Shown piece by piece: positions 21,801 to 36,800 of a stretch of DNA of 64,000 nt. Source of the DNA: Eledone cirrhosa (Eukaryota); assembly GCA_964016885.1 (NCBI GenBank), contig OZ024741.1:48298001-48362000 (forward strand), given 5' to 3'. The notes under the pieces are model-generated. The model searched no databases, was not told the origin of the DNA, and saw only the letters and a program-made list of their open reading frames with translations. The position numbers were made by a program, and so were the translations under genes. Numbering within the stretch: the first letter of the stretch is position 1; each line of letters opens with the position of its first letter.

Positions 21801-24800
21801 CAAACTGTATTGCCCTCTACCATTCTCAATTTTCATGTAAACCCACACTGTATTGCCCTCTACCATCCTCAATTTTCATATAAACCCACACTGTATTGCT
21901 CTCTACCATCCTCAATCTTCATATAAACCCACACTGTATTGCCCTCTACCATCCTCAATTTTCATATAAACCCACACTGTATTGCTCTCTACCATCCTCA
22001 ATCTTCATATAAACCCACACTGTATTGCCCTCTACCATTCTCAATCTTCATATAAACCCACACTGTATTGCCCTCTACCATTCTCAATCTTCATATAAAC
22101 CCACACTGTATTGTCCTCTACCATCCTCAATCTTCATATAAACCCACGCTGTATTCCCCTCTACCATTCTCAATCTTCATGTAAACCCACACTGTATGGC
22201 CTCTAACATCCTCAATCTTCATGTAAACCCACACTGTATTGCCCTCTACCATCCTCAATCTTCATGTAAACGCACACTGTATGCCCTCTACTATTCTCAA
22301 TCTTCATATAAACCCACACTGTATTGCCCTCTACCATCCTCAATTTTCATATAAACCCACACTGTATTGCCCTCTACCATCCTCAATCTTCATATAAACC
22401 CACACTGTATTGCCCTCTACCATTCTCAATCTTCATATAAACCCACACTGTATTGCCCTCTACCATTCTCAATCTTCATATAAACCCACACTGTATTGTC
22501 CTCTACCATCCTCAATCTTCATATAAACCCACGCTGTATTCCCCTCTACCATTCTCAATCTTCATGTAAACCCACACTTTATTGCCCTCTGCCATCCTCA
22601 ATCTTCATATAAACCCACACTTTATTGCCCTCTACCATTCTCAATATTCATATAAACCCACACTTTATTGCCCTCTACCATCCTCAATCTTCATATAAAC
22701 CCACACTGTATTGCCCTCTACCATCCTCAATCTTCATATAAACCCACACTGTATTGCCCTCTACCATCCTCAATCTTCATATAAACCCACACTTTATTGC
22801 CCTCTACCATTCTCAATATTCATATAAACCCACAGTGTATTGCCCTCTACCATTCTCAATCTTCATATAAACCCACACTGTATTGCCTCTACCATCCTCA
22901 ATCTTCATATAAACCCACACTGTATTGCCCTCTACCACCCTCAATCTTCATGTAAACCCACACTGGATTGCCCTCTACCATCCTCAATCTTCATGTAAAC
23001 GCACACTGTATGCCCTCTACTATTCTCAATCTTCATATAAACCCACACTGTATTGCCCTCTACCATTCTCAATCTTCATATAAACCCACACTTTATTGCC
23101 CTCTACTATTCTCAATCTTCATATAAACCCACACTGTATTGCCCTCTACCATCCTCAATCTTCATATAAACCCACACTTTATTGCCCTCTACCGTCCTCA
23201 ATCTTCATGTAAACCCACACCGTATTGCCCTCTACCATTCTCAATCTTCATGTAAACCCACACTGTATTGCCCTCTACCATCCTCAATCTTCATATAAAC
23301 CCACACTGTATTGCCCTCTACCATTCTTAATCTTCATGTAAACCGACACTGTATTGCCCTCTACCATTCTCAATCTTCATATAAACCCACAGTGTATTGC
23401 CCTCTACCATTCTCAATCTTCATATAAACCCACACTGTATTGCCTCTACCATCCTCAATCTTCATATAAACCCACACTGTATTGCCCTCTACCACCCTCA
23501 ATCTTCATGTAAACCCACACTGTATTGCCCTCTACCATCCTCAATCTTCATGTAAACCCACACTGTATTGCCCTCTACCATTCTCAATCTTCATATAAAC
23601 CCACACTGTATTGCCCTCTACCATCCTCAATCTTCATGTAAACCCACACTGTATTGCCATCTACCATCCTCAATCTTCATATAAACCCACACTGTATTGC
23701 CCTCTACCATGCTCAATCTTCATATAAACCCACACTGTATTGCCCTCTACCATCCTCAATCTTCATATAAAACCACACTGTATTGCCCTCTACCATCCTC
23801 AATCTTCATGTAAACCCACACTGTATTGCCCCTTACCATCCTCAATCTTCATATAAACCCACACTGTATTGCCCTCTACCGTCCTCAATCTTCATGTAAA
23901 CCCACACTGTATTGCCCTCTACCATCCTCAATCTTCATGTAAACCCACACTGTATTGCCCTCTACCATTCTCAATCTTCATGTAAACCCACACTGTATGG
24001 CCTCTACCATCCTCAATCTTCATGTAAACCCACACTGTATTGCCCTCTACCATTCTCAATATTCATATAAACCCACACTGTATTTCGCTCTACCATCCTC
24101 AATCTTCATATAAAACCACACTGTATTGCCCTCTACGACCCTCAATCTTCATGTAAACCCACACTGAATTGCCCTCTACCATCCTCAATCTTCATGTAAA
24201 TGCACACTGTATGCCCTCTACCATCCTCAATCTTCATATAAACCCACACCGAATTGCCCTCTACCATTCTCAATCTTCATATAAACCCACACTTTATTGC
24301 CCTCTACTATTCTCAATCTTCATATAAACCCACACTGTATTGCCCTCTACCATCCTCAATCTTCATATAAACCCACACTTTATTGCCCTCTACCGTCCTC
24401 AAACTTCATGTAAACCCACACCGTATTGCCCTCTACCATTCTCAATCTTCATGTAAACCCACACTGTATTGCCCTCTACCATCCTCAATCTTCATATAAA
24501 CCCACACTGTATTGCCCTCTACCATTCTTAATCTTCATGTAAACCCACACTGTATTGCCCTCTAACATTCTCAATCTTCATATAAACCCACACTGTATTG
24601 CCCTCTACCATTCTCAATCTTCATATAAACCCACACTGTATTGCCCTCTACCATTCTCAATCTTCATATAAACCCACACTGTATTGCCCTCTAACATTCT
24701 CAATCTTCATATAAACCCACACTGTATTGCCCTCTAACATTCTCAATCTTCATATAACCCCACACTGTATTGCCCTCTAACATTCTCAATCTTCATATAA

Positions 24801-27800
24801 ACCCACACTGTATTGCCCTCTACCGTCCTCAATGTTCATATAAACCCACACTGTATTGCCCTCTACCATTCTCAATTTTCATATAAACCCACACTGTATT
24901 GCCCTCATCCATTCTCAATCTTCATATAAACCCACACTGTATTGCCCTCTACCGTCCTCAATGTTCATATAAACCCACACTGTATTGCCCTCTACCATTC
25001 TCAATCTTCATATAAACCCACACTGTATTGCCCTCATCCATTCTCAATCTTCATATAAACCCACACTGTATTGCCCTCTAACATTCTCAATCTTCATATA
25101 AACCCACACTGTATTGCCCTCTACCGTCCTCAATCTTCATATAAACCCACACTGTATTGCCCTCTAACATTCTCAATCTTCATATAAACCCACACTGTAT
25201 TGCCCTCTAACATTCTCAATCTTCATGTAAACCCACACTGTATTGCCCTCTACCATACTCAATTTTCATATAAACCCACACTGTATTGCTCTCTACCATC
25301 CTCAATCTTCATATAAACCCACTCTGTATTGCCCTCTACCATTCTCAATCTTCATATAAACCCACACTGTATTGTCCTCTACCATCCTCAATCTTCATAT
25401 AAACCCACGCTGTATTCCCCTCTACCATTCTCAATCTTCATGTAAACCCACACTGTATGGCCTCTAACATCCTCAATCTTCATATAAACCCACACTGTAT
25501 TGCCCTCTAACATCCTCAATCTTCATGTAAACCCACACTGTATTGCCCCTTACCATTCTCAATCTTCATATAAACCCACACTGTATTGCCCTCTACCATT
25601 CTCAATATTCATATAAACCCACACTGTATTGCCCTCTACCATCCTCAATCTTCATATAAACCCACACTGTATTGCCCTCTACCACCCTCAATCTTCATGT
25701 AAACCCACACTGGATTGCCCTCTACCATCCTCAATCTTCATGTAAACGCACACTGTATGCCCTCTACTATTCTCAATCTTCATGTAAACCCACACTGTAT
25801 TGCCCTCTAACATCCTCAATCTTCATGTAAACCCACACTGTATTGCCCCTTACCATCCTCAATCTTCATATAAACCCACACTGTATTGCCCTCTACCATC
25901 CTCAATATTCATATAAACCCACACTGTATTGCCCTCTACCATCCTCAATCTTCATATAAACCCAAACTGTATTGCCCTCTACCACCCTCAATCTTCATGT
26001 AAACCCACACTGGATTGCCCTCTACCATCCTCAATCTTCATGTAAACCCACACTGTATTGCCCTCTACCATCCTCAATCTTCATATAAAACCACACTGTG
26101 TTGCCCTCTACCACCCTCAATCTTCATGTAAACCCACACTGGATTGCCCTCTACCATCCTCAATCTTCATGTAAACGCACACTGTATGCCCTCTACTATT
26201 CTCAATCTTCATATAAACCCACACTGTATTGCCCTCTACCATCCTCAATCTTCATATAAACCCACACTGTATTGCCCTCTACCATCCTCAATCTTCATAT
26301 AAACCCACACTGTATTGCCCTCTACCATCCTCAATCTTCATATAAACCCACACTGTATTGCCCTCTACCATCCTCAATCTTCATATAAACCCACACTGTA
26401 TTGCCCTCTACCATCCTCAATCTTCATATAAACCCACACTGTATTGCCCTCTACCATCCTCAATCTTCATATAAACCCACACTTTATTGCCCTCTACCAT
26501 TCTCAATATTCATATAAACCCACAGTGTATTGCCCTCTACCATTCTCAATCTTCATATAAACCCACACTGTATTGCCTCTACCATCCTCAATCTTCATAT
26601 AAACCCACACTGTATTGCCCTCTACCATTCTCAATCTTCATGTAAACCGACACTGTATTGCCCTCTACCATTCTCAATCTTCATATAAACCCACAGTGTA
26701 TTGCCCTCTACCATTCTCAATCTTCATATAAACCCACACTGTATTGCCTCTACCATCCTCAATCTTCATATAAACCCACACTGTATTGCCCTCTACCACC
26801 CTCAATCTTCATGTAAACCCACACTGGATTGCCCTCTACCATCCTCAATCTTCATGTAAACGCACACTGTATGCCCTCTACTATTCTCAATCTTCATATA
26901 AACCCACACTGTATTGCCCTCTACCATTCTCAATCTTCATATAAACCCACACTTTATTGCCCTCTACTATTCTCAATCTTCATATAAACCCACACTGTAT
27001 TGCCCTCTACCATCCTCAATCTTCATATAAACCCACACTTTATTGCCCTCTACCGTCCTCAATCTTCATGTAAACCCACACCGTATTGCCCTCTACCATT
27101 CTCAATCTTCATGTAAACCCACACTGTATTGCCCTCTACCATCCTCAATCTTCATATAAACCCACACTGTATTGCCCTCTACCATTCTTAATCTTCATGT
27201 AAACCGACACTGTATTGCCCTCTACCATTCTCAATCTTCATATAAACCCACAGTGTATTGCCCTCTACCATTCTCAATCTTCATATAAACCCACACTGTA
27301 TTGCCTCTACCATCCTCAATCTTCATATAAACCCACACTGTATTGCCCTCTACCACCCTCAATCTTCATGTAAACCCACACTGTATTGCCCTCTACCATC
27401 CTCAATCTTCATGTAAACCCACACTGTATTGCCCTCTACCATTCTCAATCTTCATATAAACCCACACTGTATTGCCCTCTACCATCCTCAATCTTCATGT
27501 AAACCCACACTGTATTGCCATCTACCATCCTCAATCTTCATATAAACCCACACTGTATTGCCCTCTACCATGCTCAATCTTCATATAAACCCACACTGTA
27601 TTGCCCTCTACCATCCTCAATCTTCATATAAAACCACACTGTATTGCCCTCTACCATCCTCAATCTTCATGTAAACCCACACTGTATTGCCCCTTACCAT
27701 CCTCAATCTTCATATAAACCCACACTGTATTGCCCTCTACCGTCCTCAATCTTCATGTAAACCCACACTGTATTGCCCTCTACCATCCTCAATCTTCATG

Positions 27801-30800
27801 TAAACCCACACTGTATTGCCCTCTACCATTCTCAATCTTCATGTAAACCCACACTGTATGGCCTCTACCATCCTCAATCTTCATGTAAACCCACACTGTA
27901 TTGCCCTCTACCATTCTCAATATTCATATAAACCCACACTGTATTTCGCTCTACCATCCTCAATCTTCATATAAAACCACACTGTATTGCCCTCTACGAC
28001 CCTCAATCTTCATGTAAACCCACACTGAATTGCCCTCTACCATCCTCAATCTTCATGTAAATGCACACTGTATGCCCTCTACCATCCTCAATCTTCATAT
28101 AAACCCACACCGAATTGCCCTCTACCATTCTCAATCTTCATATAAACCCACACTTTATTGCCCTCTACTATTCTCAATCTTCATATAAACCCACACTGTA
28201 TTGCCCTCTACCATCCTCAATCTTCATATAAACCCACACTTTATTGCCCTCTACCGTCCTCAAACTTCATGTAAACCCACACCGTATTGCCCTCTACCAT
28301 TCTCAATCTTCATGTAAACCCACACTGTATTGCCCTCTACCATCCTCAATCTTCATATAAACCCACACTGTATTGCCCTCTACCATTCTTAATCTTCATG
28401 TAAACCCACACTGTATTGCCCTCTAACATTCTCAATCTTCATATAAACCCACACTGTATTGCCCTCTACCATTCTCAATCTTCATATAAACCCACACTGT
28501 ATTGCCCTCTACCATTCTCAATCTTCATATAAACCCACACTGTATTGCCCTCTAACATTCTCAATCTTCATATAAACCCACACTGTATTGCCCTCTAACA
28601 TTCTCAATCTTCATATAACCCCACACTGTATTGCCCTCTAACATTCTCAATCTTCATATAAACCCACACTGTATTGCCCTCTACCGTCCTCAATGTTCAT
28701 ATAAACCCACACTGTATTGCCCTCTACCATTCTCAATTTTCATATAAACCCACACTGTATTGCCCTCATCCATTCTCAATCTTCATATAAACCCACACTG
28801 TATTGCCCTCTAACATTCTCAATCTTCATATAAACCCACACTGTATTGCCCTCTACCATTCTCAATCTTCATATAAACCCACACTGTATTGCCCTCATCC
28901 ATTCTCAATCTTCATATAAACCCACACTGTATTGCCCTCTAACATTCTCAATCTTCATGTAAACCCACACTGTATTGCCCTCTAACATTCTCAATCTTCA
29001 TATAAACCCACACTGTATTGCCCTCTACCGTCCTCAATGTTCATATAAACCCACACTGTATTGCCCTCTACCATTCTCAATCTTCATATAAACCCACACT
29101 GTATTGCCCTCATCCATTCTCAATCTTCATATAAACCCACACTGTATTGCCCTCTAACATTCTCAATCTTCATATAAACCCACACTGTATTGCCCTCTAC
29201 CGTCCTCAATCTTCATATAAACCCACACTGTATTGCCCTCTAACATTCTCAATCTTCATATAAACCCACACTGTATTGCCCTCTAACATTCTCAATCTTC
29301 ATGTAAACCCACACTGTATTGCCCTCTACCATACTCAATTTTCATATAAACCCACACTGTATTGCTCTCTACCATCCTCAATCTTCATATAAACCCACTC
29401 TGTATTGCCCTCTACCATTCTCAATCTTCATATAAACCCACACTGTATTGTCCTCTACCATCCTCAATCTTCATATAAACCCACGCTGTATTCCCCTCTA
29501 CCATTCTCAATCTTCATGTAAACCCACACTGTATGGCCTCTAACATCCTCAATCTTCATATAAACCCACACTGTATTGCCCTCTAACATCCTCAATCTTC
29601 ATGTAAACCCACACTGTATTGCCCCTTACCATTCTCAATCTTCATATAAACCCACACTGTATTGCCCTCTACCATTCTCAATATTCATATAAACCCACAC
29701 TGTATTGCCCTCTACCATCCTCAATCTTCATATAAACCCACACTGTATTGCCCTCTACCACCCTCAATCTTCATGTAAACCCACACTGGATTGCCCTCTA
29801 CCATCCTCAATCTTCATGTAAACGCACACTGTATGCCCTCTACTATTCTCAATCTTCATGTAAACCCACACTGTATTGCCCTCTAACATCCTCAATCTTC
29901 ATGTAAACCCACACTGTATTGCCCCTTACCATCCTCAATCTTCATATAAACCCACACTGTATTGCCCTCTACCATCCTCAATATTCATATAAACCCACAC
30001 TGTATTGCCCTCTACCATCCTCAATCTTCATATAAACCCAAACTGTATTGCCCTCTACCACCCTCAATCTTCATGTAAACCCACACTGGATTGCCCTCTA
30101 CCATCCTCAATCTTCATGTAAACCCACACTGTATTGCCCTCTACCATCCTCAATCTTCATATAAAACCACACTGTGTTGCCCTCTACCACCCTCAATCTT
30201 CATGTAAACCCACACTGGATTGCCCTCTACCATCCTCAATCTTCATGTAAACGCACACTGTATGCCCTCTACTATTCTCAATCTTCATATAAACCCACAC
30301 TGTATTGCCCTCTACCATCCTCAATCTTCATATAAACCCACACTGTATTGCCCTCTACCATCCTCAATCTTCATATAAACCCACACTGTATTGCCCTCTA
30401 CCATCCTCAATCTTCATATAAACCCACACTGTATTGCCCTCTACCATCCTCAATCTTCATATAAACCCACACTGTATTGCCCTCTACCATCCTCAATCTT
30501 CATATAAACCCACACTGTATTGCCCTCTACCATCCTCAATCTTCATATAAACCCACACTTTATTGCCCTCTACCATTCTCAATATTCATATAAACCCACA
30601 GTGTATTGCCCTCTACCATTCTCAATCTTCATATAAACCCACACTGTATTGCCTCTACCATCCTCAATCTTCATATAAACCCACACTGTATTGCCCTCTA
30701 CCATTCTCAATCTTCATGTAAACCGACACTGTATTGCCCTCTACCATTCTCAATCTTCATATAAACCCACAGTGTATTGCCCTCTACCATTCTCAATCTT

Positions 30801-33800
30801 CATATAAACCCACACTGTATTGCCTCTACCATCCTCAATCTTCATATAAACCCACACTGTATTGCCCTCTACCACCCTCAATCTTCATGTAAACCCACAC
30901 TGGATTGCCCTCTACCATCCTCAATCTTCATGTAAACGCACACTGTATGCCCTCTACTATTCTCAATCTTCATATAAACCCACACTGTATTGCCCTCTAC
31001 CATTCTCAATCTTCATATAAACCCACACTTTATTGCCCTCTACTATTCTCAATCTTCATATAAACCCACACTGTATTGCCCTCTACCATCCTCAATCTTC
31101 ATATAAACCCACACTTTATTGCCCTCTACCGTCCTCAATCTTCATGTAAACCCACACCGTATTGCCCTCTACCATTCTCAATCTTCATGTAAACCCACAC
31201 TGTATTGCCCTCTACCATCCTCAATCTTCATATAAACCCACACTGTATTGCCCTCTACCATTCTTAATCTTCATGTAAACCGACACTGTATTGCCCTCTA
31301 CCATTCTCAATCTTCATATAAACCCACAGTGTATTGCCCTCTACCATTCTCAATCTTCATATAAACCCACACTGTATTGCCTCTACCATCCTCAATCTTC
31401 ATATAAACCCACACTGTATTGCCCTCTACCACCCTCAATCTTCATGTAAACCCACACTGTATTGCCCTCTACCATCCTCAATCTTCATGTAAACCCACAC
31501 TGTATTGCCCTCTACCATTCTCAATCTTCATATAAACCCACACTGTATTGCCCTCTACCATCCTCAATCTTCATGTAAACCCACACTGTATTGCCATCTA
31601 CCATCCTCAATCTTCATATAAACCCACACTGTATTGCCCTCTACCATGCTCAATCTTCATATAAACCCACACTGTATTGCCCTCTACCATCCTCAATCTT
31701 CATATAAAACCACACTGTATTGCCCTCTACCATCCTCAATCTTCATGTAAACCCACACTGTATTGCCCTCTACCATTCTCAATCTTCATGTAAACCCACA
31801 CTGTATGGCCTCTACCATCCTCAATCTTCATGTAAACCCACACTGTATTGCCCTCTACCATTCTCAATATTCATATAAACCCACACTGTATTTCGCTCTA
31901 CCATCCTCAATCTTCATATAAAACCACACTGTATTGCCCTCTACGACCCTCAATCTTCATGTAAACCCACACTGAATTGCCCTCTACCATCCTCAATCTT
32001 CATGTAAATGCACACTGTATGCCCTCTACCATCCTCAATCTTCATATAAACCCACACCGAATTGCCCTCTACCATTCTCAATCTTCATATAAACCCACAC
32101 TTTATTGCCCTCTACTATTCTCAATCTTCATATAAACCCACACTGTATTGCCCTCTACCATCACAATCTTCATATAAACCCACACTTTATTGCCCTCTAC
32201 CGTCCTCAAACTTCATGTAAACCCACACCGTATTGCCCTCTACCATTCTCAATCTTCATGTAAACCCACACTGTATTGCCCTCTACCATCCTCAATCTTC
32301 ATATAAACCCACACTGTATTGCCCTCTACCATTCTTAATCTTCATGTAAACCCACACTGTATTGCCCTCTAACATTCTCAATCTTCATATAAACCCACAC
32401 TGTATTGCCCTCTACCATTCTCAATCTTCATATAAACCCACACTGTATTGCCCTCTACCATTCTCAATCTTCATATAAACCCACACTGTATTGCCCTCTA
32501 ACATTCTCAATCTTCATATAAACCCACACTGTATTGCCCTCTAACATTCTCAATCTTCATATAACCCCACACTGTATTGCCCTCTAACATTCTCAATCTT
32601 CATATAAACCCACACTGTATTGCCCTCTACCGTCCTCAATGTTCATATAAACCCACACTGTATTGCCCTCTACCATTCTCAATTTTCATATAAACCCACA
32701 CTGTATTGCCCTCATCCATTCTCAATCTTCATATAAACCCACACTGTATTGCCCTCTAACATTCTCAATCTTCATATAAACCCACACTGTATTGCCCTCT
32801 ACCATTCTCAATCTTCATATAAACCCACACTGTATTGCCCTCATCCATTCTCAATCTTCATATAAACCCACACTGTATTGCCCTCTAACATTCTCAATCT
32901 TCATGTAAACCCACACTGTATTGCCCTCTAACATTCTCAATCTTCATATAAACCCACACTGTATTGCCCTCTACCGTCCTCAATGTTCATATAAACCCAC
33001 ACTGTATTGCCCTCTACCATTCTCAATCTTCATATAAACCCACACTGTATTGCCCTCATCCATTCTCAATCTTCATATAAACCCACACTGTATTGCCCTC
33101 TAACATTCTCAATCTTCATATAAACCCACACTGTATTGCCCTCTACCGTCCTCAATCTTCATATAAACCCACACTGTATTGCCCTCTAACATTCTCAATC
33201 TTCATATAAACCCACACTGTATTGCCCTCTAACATTCTCAATCTTCATGTAAACCCACACTGTATTGCCCTCTACCATACTCAATTTTCATATAAACCCA
33301 CACTGTATTGCTCTCTACCATCCTCAATCTTCATATAAACCCACTCTGTATTGCCCTCTACCATTCTCAATCTTCATATAAACCCACACTGTATTGTCCT
33401 CTACCATCCTCAATCTTCATATAAACCCACGCTGTATTCCCCTCTACCATTCTCAATCTTCATGTAAACCCACACTGTATGGCCTCTAACATCCTCAATC
33501 TTCATATAAACCCACACTGTATTGCCCTCTAACATCCTCAATCTTCATGTAAACCCACACTGTATTGCCCCTTACCATTCTCAATCTTCATATAAACCCA
33601 CACTGTATTGCCCTCTACCATTCTCAATATTCATATAAACCCACACTGTATTGCCCTCTACCATCCTCAATCTTCATATAAACCCACACTGTATTGCCCT
33701 CTACCACCCTCAATCTTCATGTAAACCCACACTGGATTGCCCTCTACCATCCTCAATCTTCATGTAAACGCACACTGTATGCCCTCTACTATTCTCAATC

Positions 33801-36800
33801 TTCATGTAAACCCACACTGTATTGCCCTCTAACATCCTCAATCTTCATGTAAACCCACACTGTATTGCCCCTTACCATCCTCAATCTTCATATAAACCCA
33901 CACTGTATTGCCCTCTACCATCCTCAATATTCATATAAACCCACACTGTATTGCCCTCTACCATCCTCAATCTTCATATAAACCCAAACTGTATTGCCCT
34001 CTACCACCCTCAATCTTCATGTAAACCCACACTGGATTGCCCTCTACCATCCTCAATCTTCATGTAAACCCACACTGTATTGCCCTCTACCATCCTCAAT
34101 CTTCATATAAAACCACACTGTGTTGCCCTCTACCACCCTCAATCTTCATGTAAACCCACACTGGATTGCCCTCTACCATCCTCAATCTTCATGTAAACGC
34201 ACACTGTATGCCCTCTACTATTCTCAATCTTCATATAAACCCACACTGTATTGCCCTCTACCATCCTCAATCTTCATATAAACCCACACTGTATTGCCCT
34301 CTACCATCCTCAATCTTCATATAAACCCACACTGTATTGCCCTCTACCATCCTCAATCTTCATATAAACCCACACTGTATTGCCCTCTACCATCCTCAAT
34401 CTTCATATAAACCCACACTGTATTGCCCTCTACCATCCTCAATCTTCATATAAACCCACACTGTATTGCCCTCTACCATCCTCAATCTTCATATAAACCC
34501 ACACTTTATTGCCCTCTACCATTCTCAATATTCATATAAACCCACAGTGTATTGCCCTCTACCATTCTCAATCTTCATATAAACCCACACTGTATTGCCT
34601 CTACCATCCTCAATCTTCATATAAACCCACACTGTATTGCCCTCTACCATTCTCAATCTTCATGTAAACCGACACTGTATTGCCCTCTACCATTCTCAAT
34701 CTTCATATAAACCCACAGTGTATTGCCCTCTACCATTCTCAATCTTCATATAAACCCACACTGTATTGCCTCTACCATCCTCAATCTTCATATAAACCCA
34801 CACTGTATTGCCCTCTACCACCCTCAATCTTCATGTAAACCCACACTGGATTGCCCTCTACCATCCTCAATCTTCATGTAAACGCACACTGTATGCCCTC
34901 TACTATTCTCAATCTTCATATAAACCCACACTGTATTGCCCTCTACCATTCTCAATCTTCATATAAACCCACACTTTATTGCCCTCTACTATTCTCAATC
35001 TTCATATAAACCCACACTGTATTGCCCTCTACCATCCTCAATCTTCATATAAACCCACACTTTATTGCCCTCTACCGTCCTCAATCTTCATGTAAACCCA
35101 CACCGTATTGCCCTCTACCATTCTCAATCTTCATGTAAACCCACACTGTATTGCCCTCTACCATCCTCAATCTTCATATAAACCCACACTGTATTGCCCT
35201 CTACCATTCTTAATCTTCATGTAAACCGACACTGTATTGCCCTCTACCATTCTCAATCTTCATATAAACCCACAGTGTATTGCCCTCTACCATTCTCAAT
35301 CTTCATATAAACCCACACTGTATTGCCTCTACCATCCTCAATCTTCATATAAACCCACACTGTATTGCCCTCTACCACCCTCAATCTTCATGTAAACCCA
35401 CACTGGATTGCCCTCCACCATCCTCAATCTTCATGTAAACGCACACTGTATGCCCTCTACTATTCTCAATCTTCATATAAACCCACACTGTATTGCCCTC
35501 TACCATTCTCAATCTTCATATAAACCCACACTTTATTGCCCTCTACTATTCTCAATCTTCATATAAACCCACACTGTATTGCCCTCTACCATCCTCAATC
35601 TTCATATAAACCCACACTTTATTGCCCTCTACCGTCCTCAATCTTCATATAAACCCACACTGTATTGCCCTCTACCATTCTCAATCTTCATGTAAACCCA
35701 CACTGTATTGCTCTCTACCATCCTCAATCTTCATATAAACCCACACTGTATTGCCCTCTACCATTCTCAATCTTCATGTAAACCCACACTGTATTGCTCT
35801 CTACCATCCTCAATCTTCATATAAACCCACACTGTATTGCTCTCTACCATTCTCAATCTTCATGTAAACCCACACTGTATTGCTCTCTACCATCCTCAAT
35901 CTTCATATAAACCCACACTGTATTGCCCTCTACCATGCTCAATCTTCATATAAACCCACTCTGTATTGCCCTCTACCATTCTCAATCTTCATATAAACCC
36001 ACACTGTATTATCCTCTACCATCCTCAATCTTCACATAAACCCACACTGTATTGCCCTCTACCATGCTCAATCTTCATGTAAACCCACACTGTATTGCTC
36101 TCTACCATCCTCAATCTTCATATAAACCCACTCTGTATTGCCCTCTACCATTCTCAATCTTCATATAAACCCAGACTGTATTGTCCTCTACCATTCTCAA
36201 TCTTCATGTAAACCCACAGTGTATTGCCCTCTACCATTCTCAATCTTCATGTAAACCCACACTGTATTGCCCTTTACCATTCTCAATCTTCATGTAAACC
36301 CACACTGTATTGCCCTCTACCATTCTCAATCTTCATGTAAAACCCATACTGTATTGCCCTCTACCATCCTCAATCTTCATGTAAACCCACAATGTATTGC
36401 CCTCTACCATCCTCAATCTTCATATAAACCCACACTGTATTGCCCATCACCATGGTCAATCTTCATATAAACCAACACTGTATTGCCCTCTACCATCCTC
36501 AATCTTCATGTAAACCAATACTGTATTGCCCTCTACCATCCTCAATCTTCATGTAAACCCACATTGTATTGCCCTCTACCATCCTCAATCTTCATGTAAA
36601 CCCACACTGTATTGCCCTCTACCATCCCCAATCTTCATATAAACCCACACTGTATTGCCCTCTACCATCCTCAATCTTCATGTAAACCCACACTCTATGG
36701 CCTCTACCATCCTCAATCGTCATGTAAACCCACACTGTATTGCCCTCTACCATTCTCAATATTCATATAAACCCACACTGTATTGCCCTCTACCATCCTC